From an uncultured virus (IMG/VR IMGVR_UViG_3300025390_000008) (Duplodnaviria > Heunggongvirae > Uroviricota > Caudoviricetes): a DNA stretch of 64,000 bases. The stretch lies in the IMG/VR virus record IMGVR_UViG_3300025390_000008; one strand, written 5' to 3'. Shown here in pieces: positions 63,578 through 64,000 of this stretch. How positions within the stretch are numbered: the first letter of the stretch is position 1; the number at the start of each line of letters is the position of its first letter. The notes under the pieces were generated by a model. It was not told the origin of the DNA. It did no database searches and saw only the letters and a list, made by a program, of their open reading frames with translations. The position numbers were made by a program, and so were the translations under genes.

Positions 63578-63967
63578 ATGGGAGTAGCAACAGCAGTCGC
63601 CATCTCGGCGGCAACATCAGCAAATATTGCGGCTCAGCACGCAGCAGAATCAGCAGCTCGGGCAGAGTGCATAGCCTACGTGCCAACCTATAAACACGCA
63701 GGGGCTACGCTGGAACAGATCCACTACTACGCCTATTGCGCGGAGAAGCTATACCCTCAGCCGCATGACGTAGACCGTAATGACGTCATCATATTCAAGG
63801 TTGCTTTGATCTTGATCTTTATCGGTGCTGGCGTAGGCGCTTATTTGAATCGTGACGATTATGATGGACCGTTTATTGGCGCGTTGTATGGCTCGGTGGG
63901 AATGCTTTTAGCCGAGTTCATTTTGGCCATTGTTGTGATGGCTTTGTACTTTATATTTTTGGGGTGA
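63578..63967 (+). CDS. membrane protein (copy 2)
   Basis: identical to 4284-4673. Confidence 0.65.
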   Translation: MGVATAVAISAATSANIAAQHAAESAARAECIAYVPTYKHAGATLEQIHYYAYCAEKLYPQPHDVDRNDVIIFKVALILIFIGAGVGAYLNRDDYDGPFIGALYGSVGMLLAEFILAIVVMALYFIFLG

Positions 63968-64000
63968 ATCATGACCGGAAGCTATTACATCGGCCAGACC

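Larger units (their letters stand above)
60486..64000. repeat. direct repeat copy 2 (of 1192-4706)
   Basis: same ORFs and RNAs at offset 59,294. Confidence 0.95.

Overview
The window holds slightly more than one complete genome (unit length 59,294 bp) of a tailed dsDNA phage with a podovirus-like gene set and no integrase, DNA polymerase or RNA polymerase. Bases 1192-4706 recur at 60486-64000. Bases 1-373 are a diverged allele of 60116-60488, next to an 821-bp insertion. Layout: a non-coding RNA-rich island (1.6-2.75 kb); rightward replication genes (ParB-like protein, intein-containing SF2 helicase, Toprim primase); leftward small early genes (9.7-12.8 kb); a rightward packaging/virion/lysis block (terS, LexA-like HTH, terL, portal, GroES-like, scaffold, capsid, tail, GH19 endolysin, ejection proteins, 2068-aa polyvalent protein; 13.2-53.9 kb); and a leftward recombination/accessory block (ERF, SSB-like, PD-(D/E)XK nuclease, EKNT cassette array; 53.9-60.5 kb). 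Most notable observations: (1) a helicase intein whose HNH homing endonuclease is encoded as a separate gene, with its own Shine-Dalgarno, in the +1 frame inside the still-open intein frame; (2) a 16-bp palindrome found about 20 times genome-wide in different reading frames, with tandem pairs in the parB-like gene, upstream of terS and upstream of the LexA-like gene; (3) an HNH-AP2 cassette that splits a gene start and supplies a promoter plus a recoded replacement N-terminus, seen together with the empty allele; (4) a tRNA-Pro-like RNA with a 76-nt variable-arm insertion. All assignments are by eye; no database search was run.
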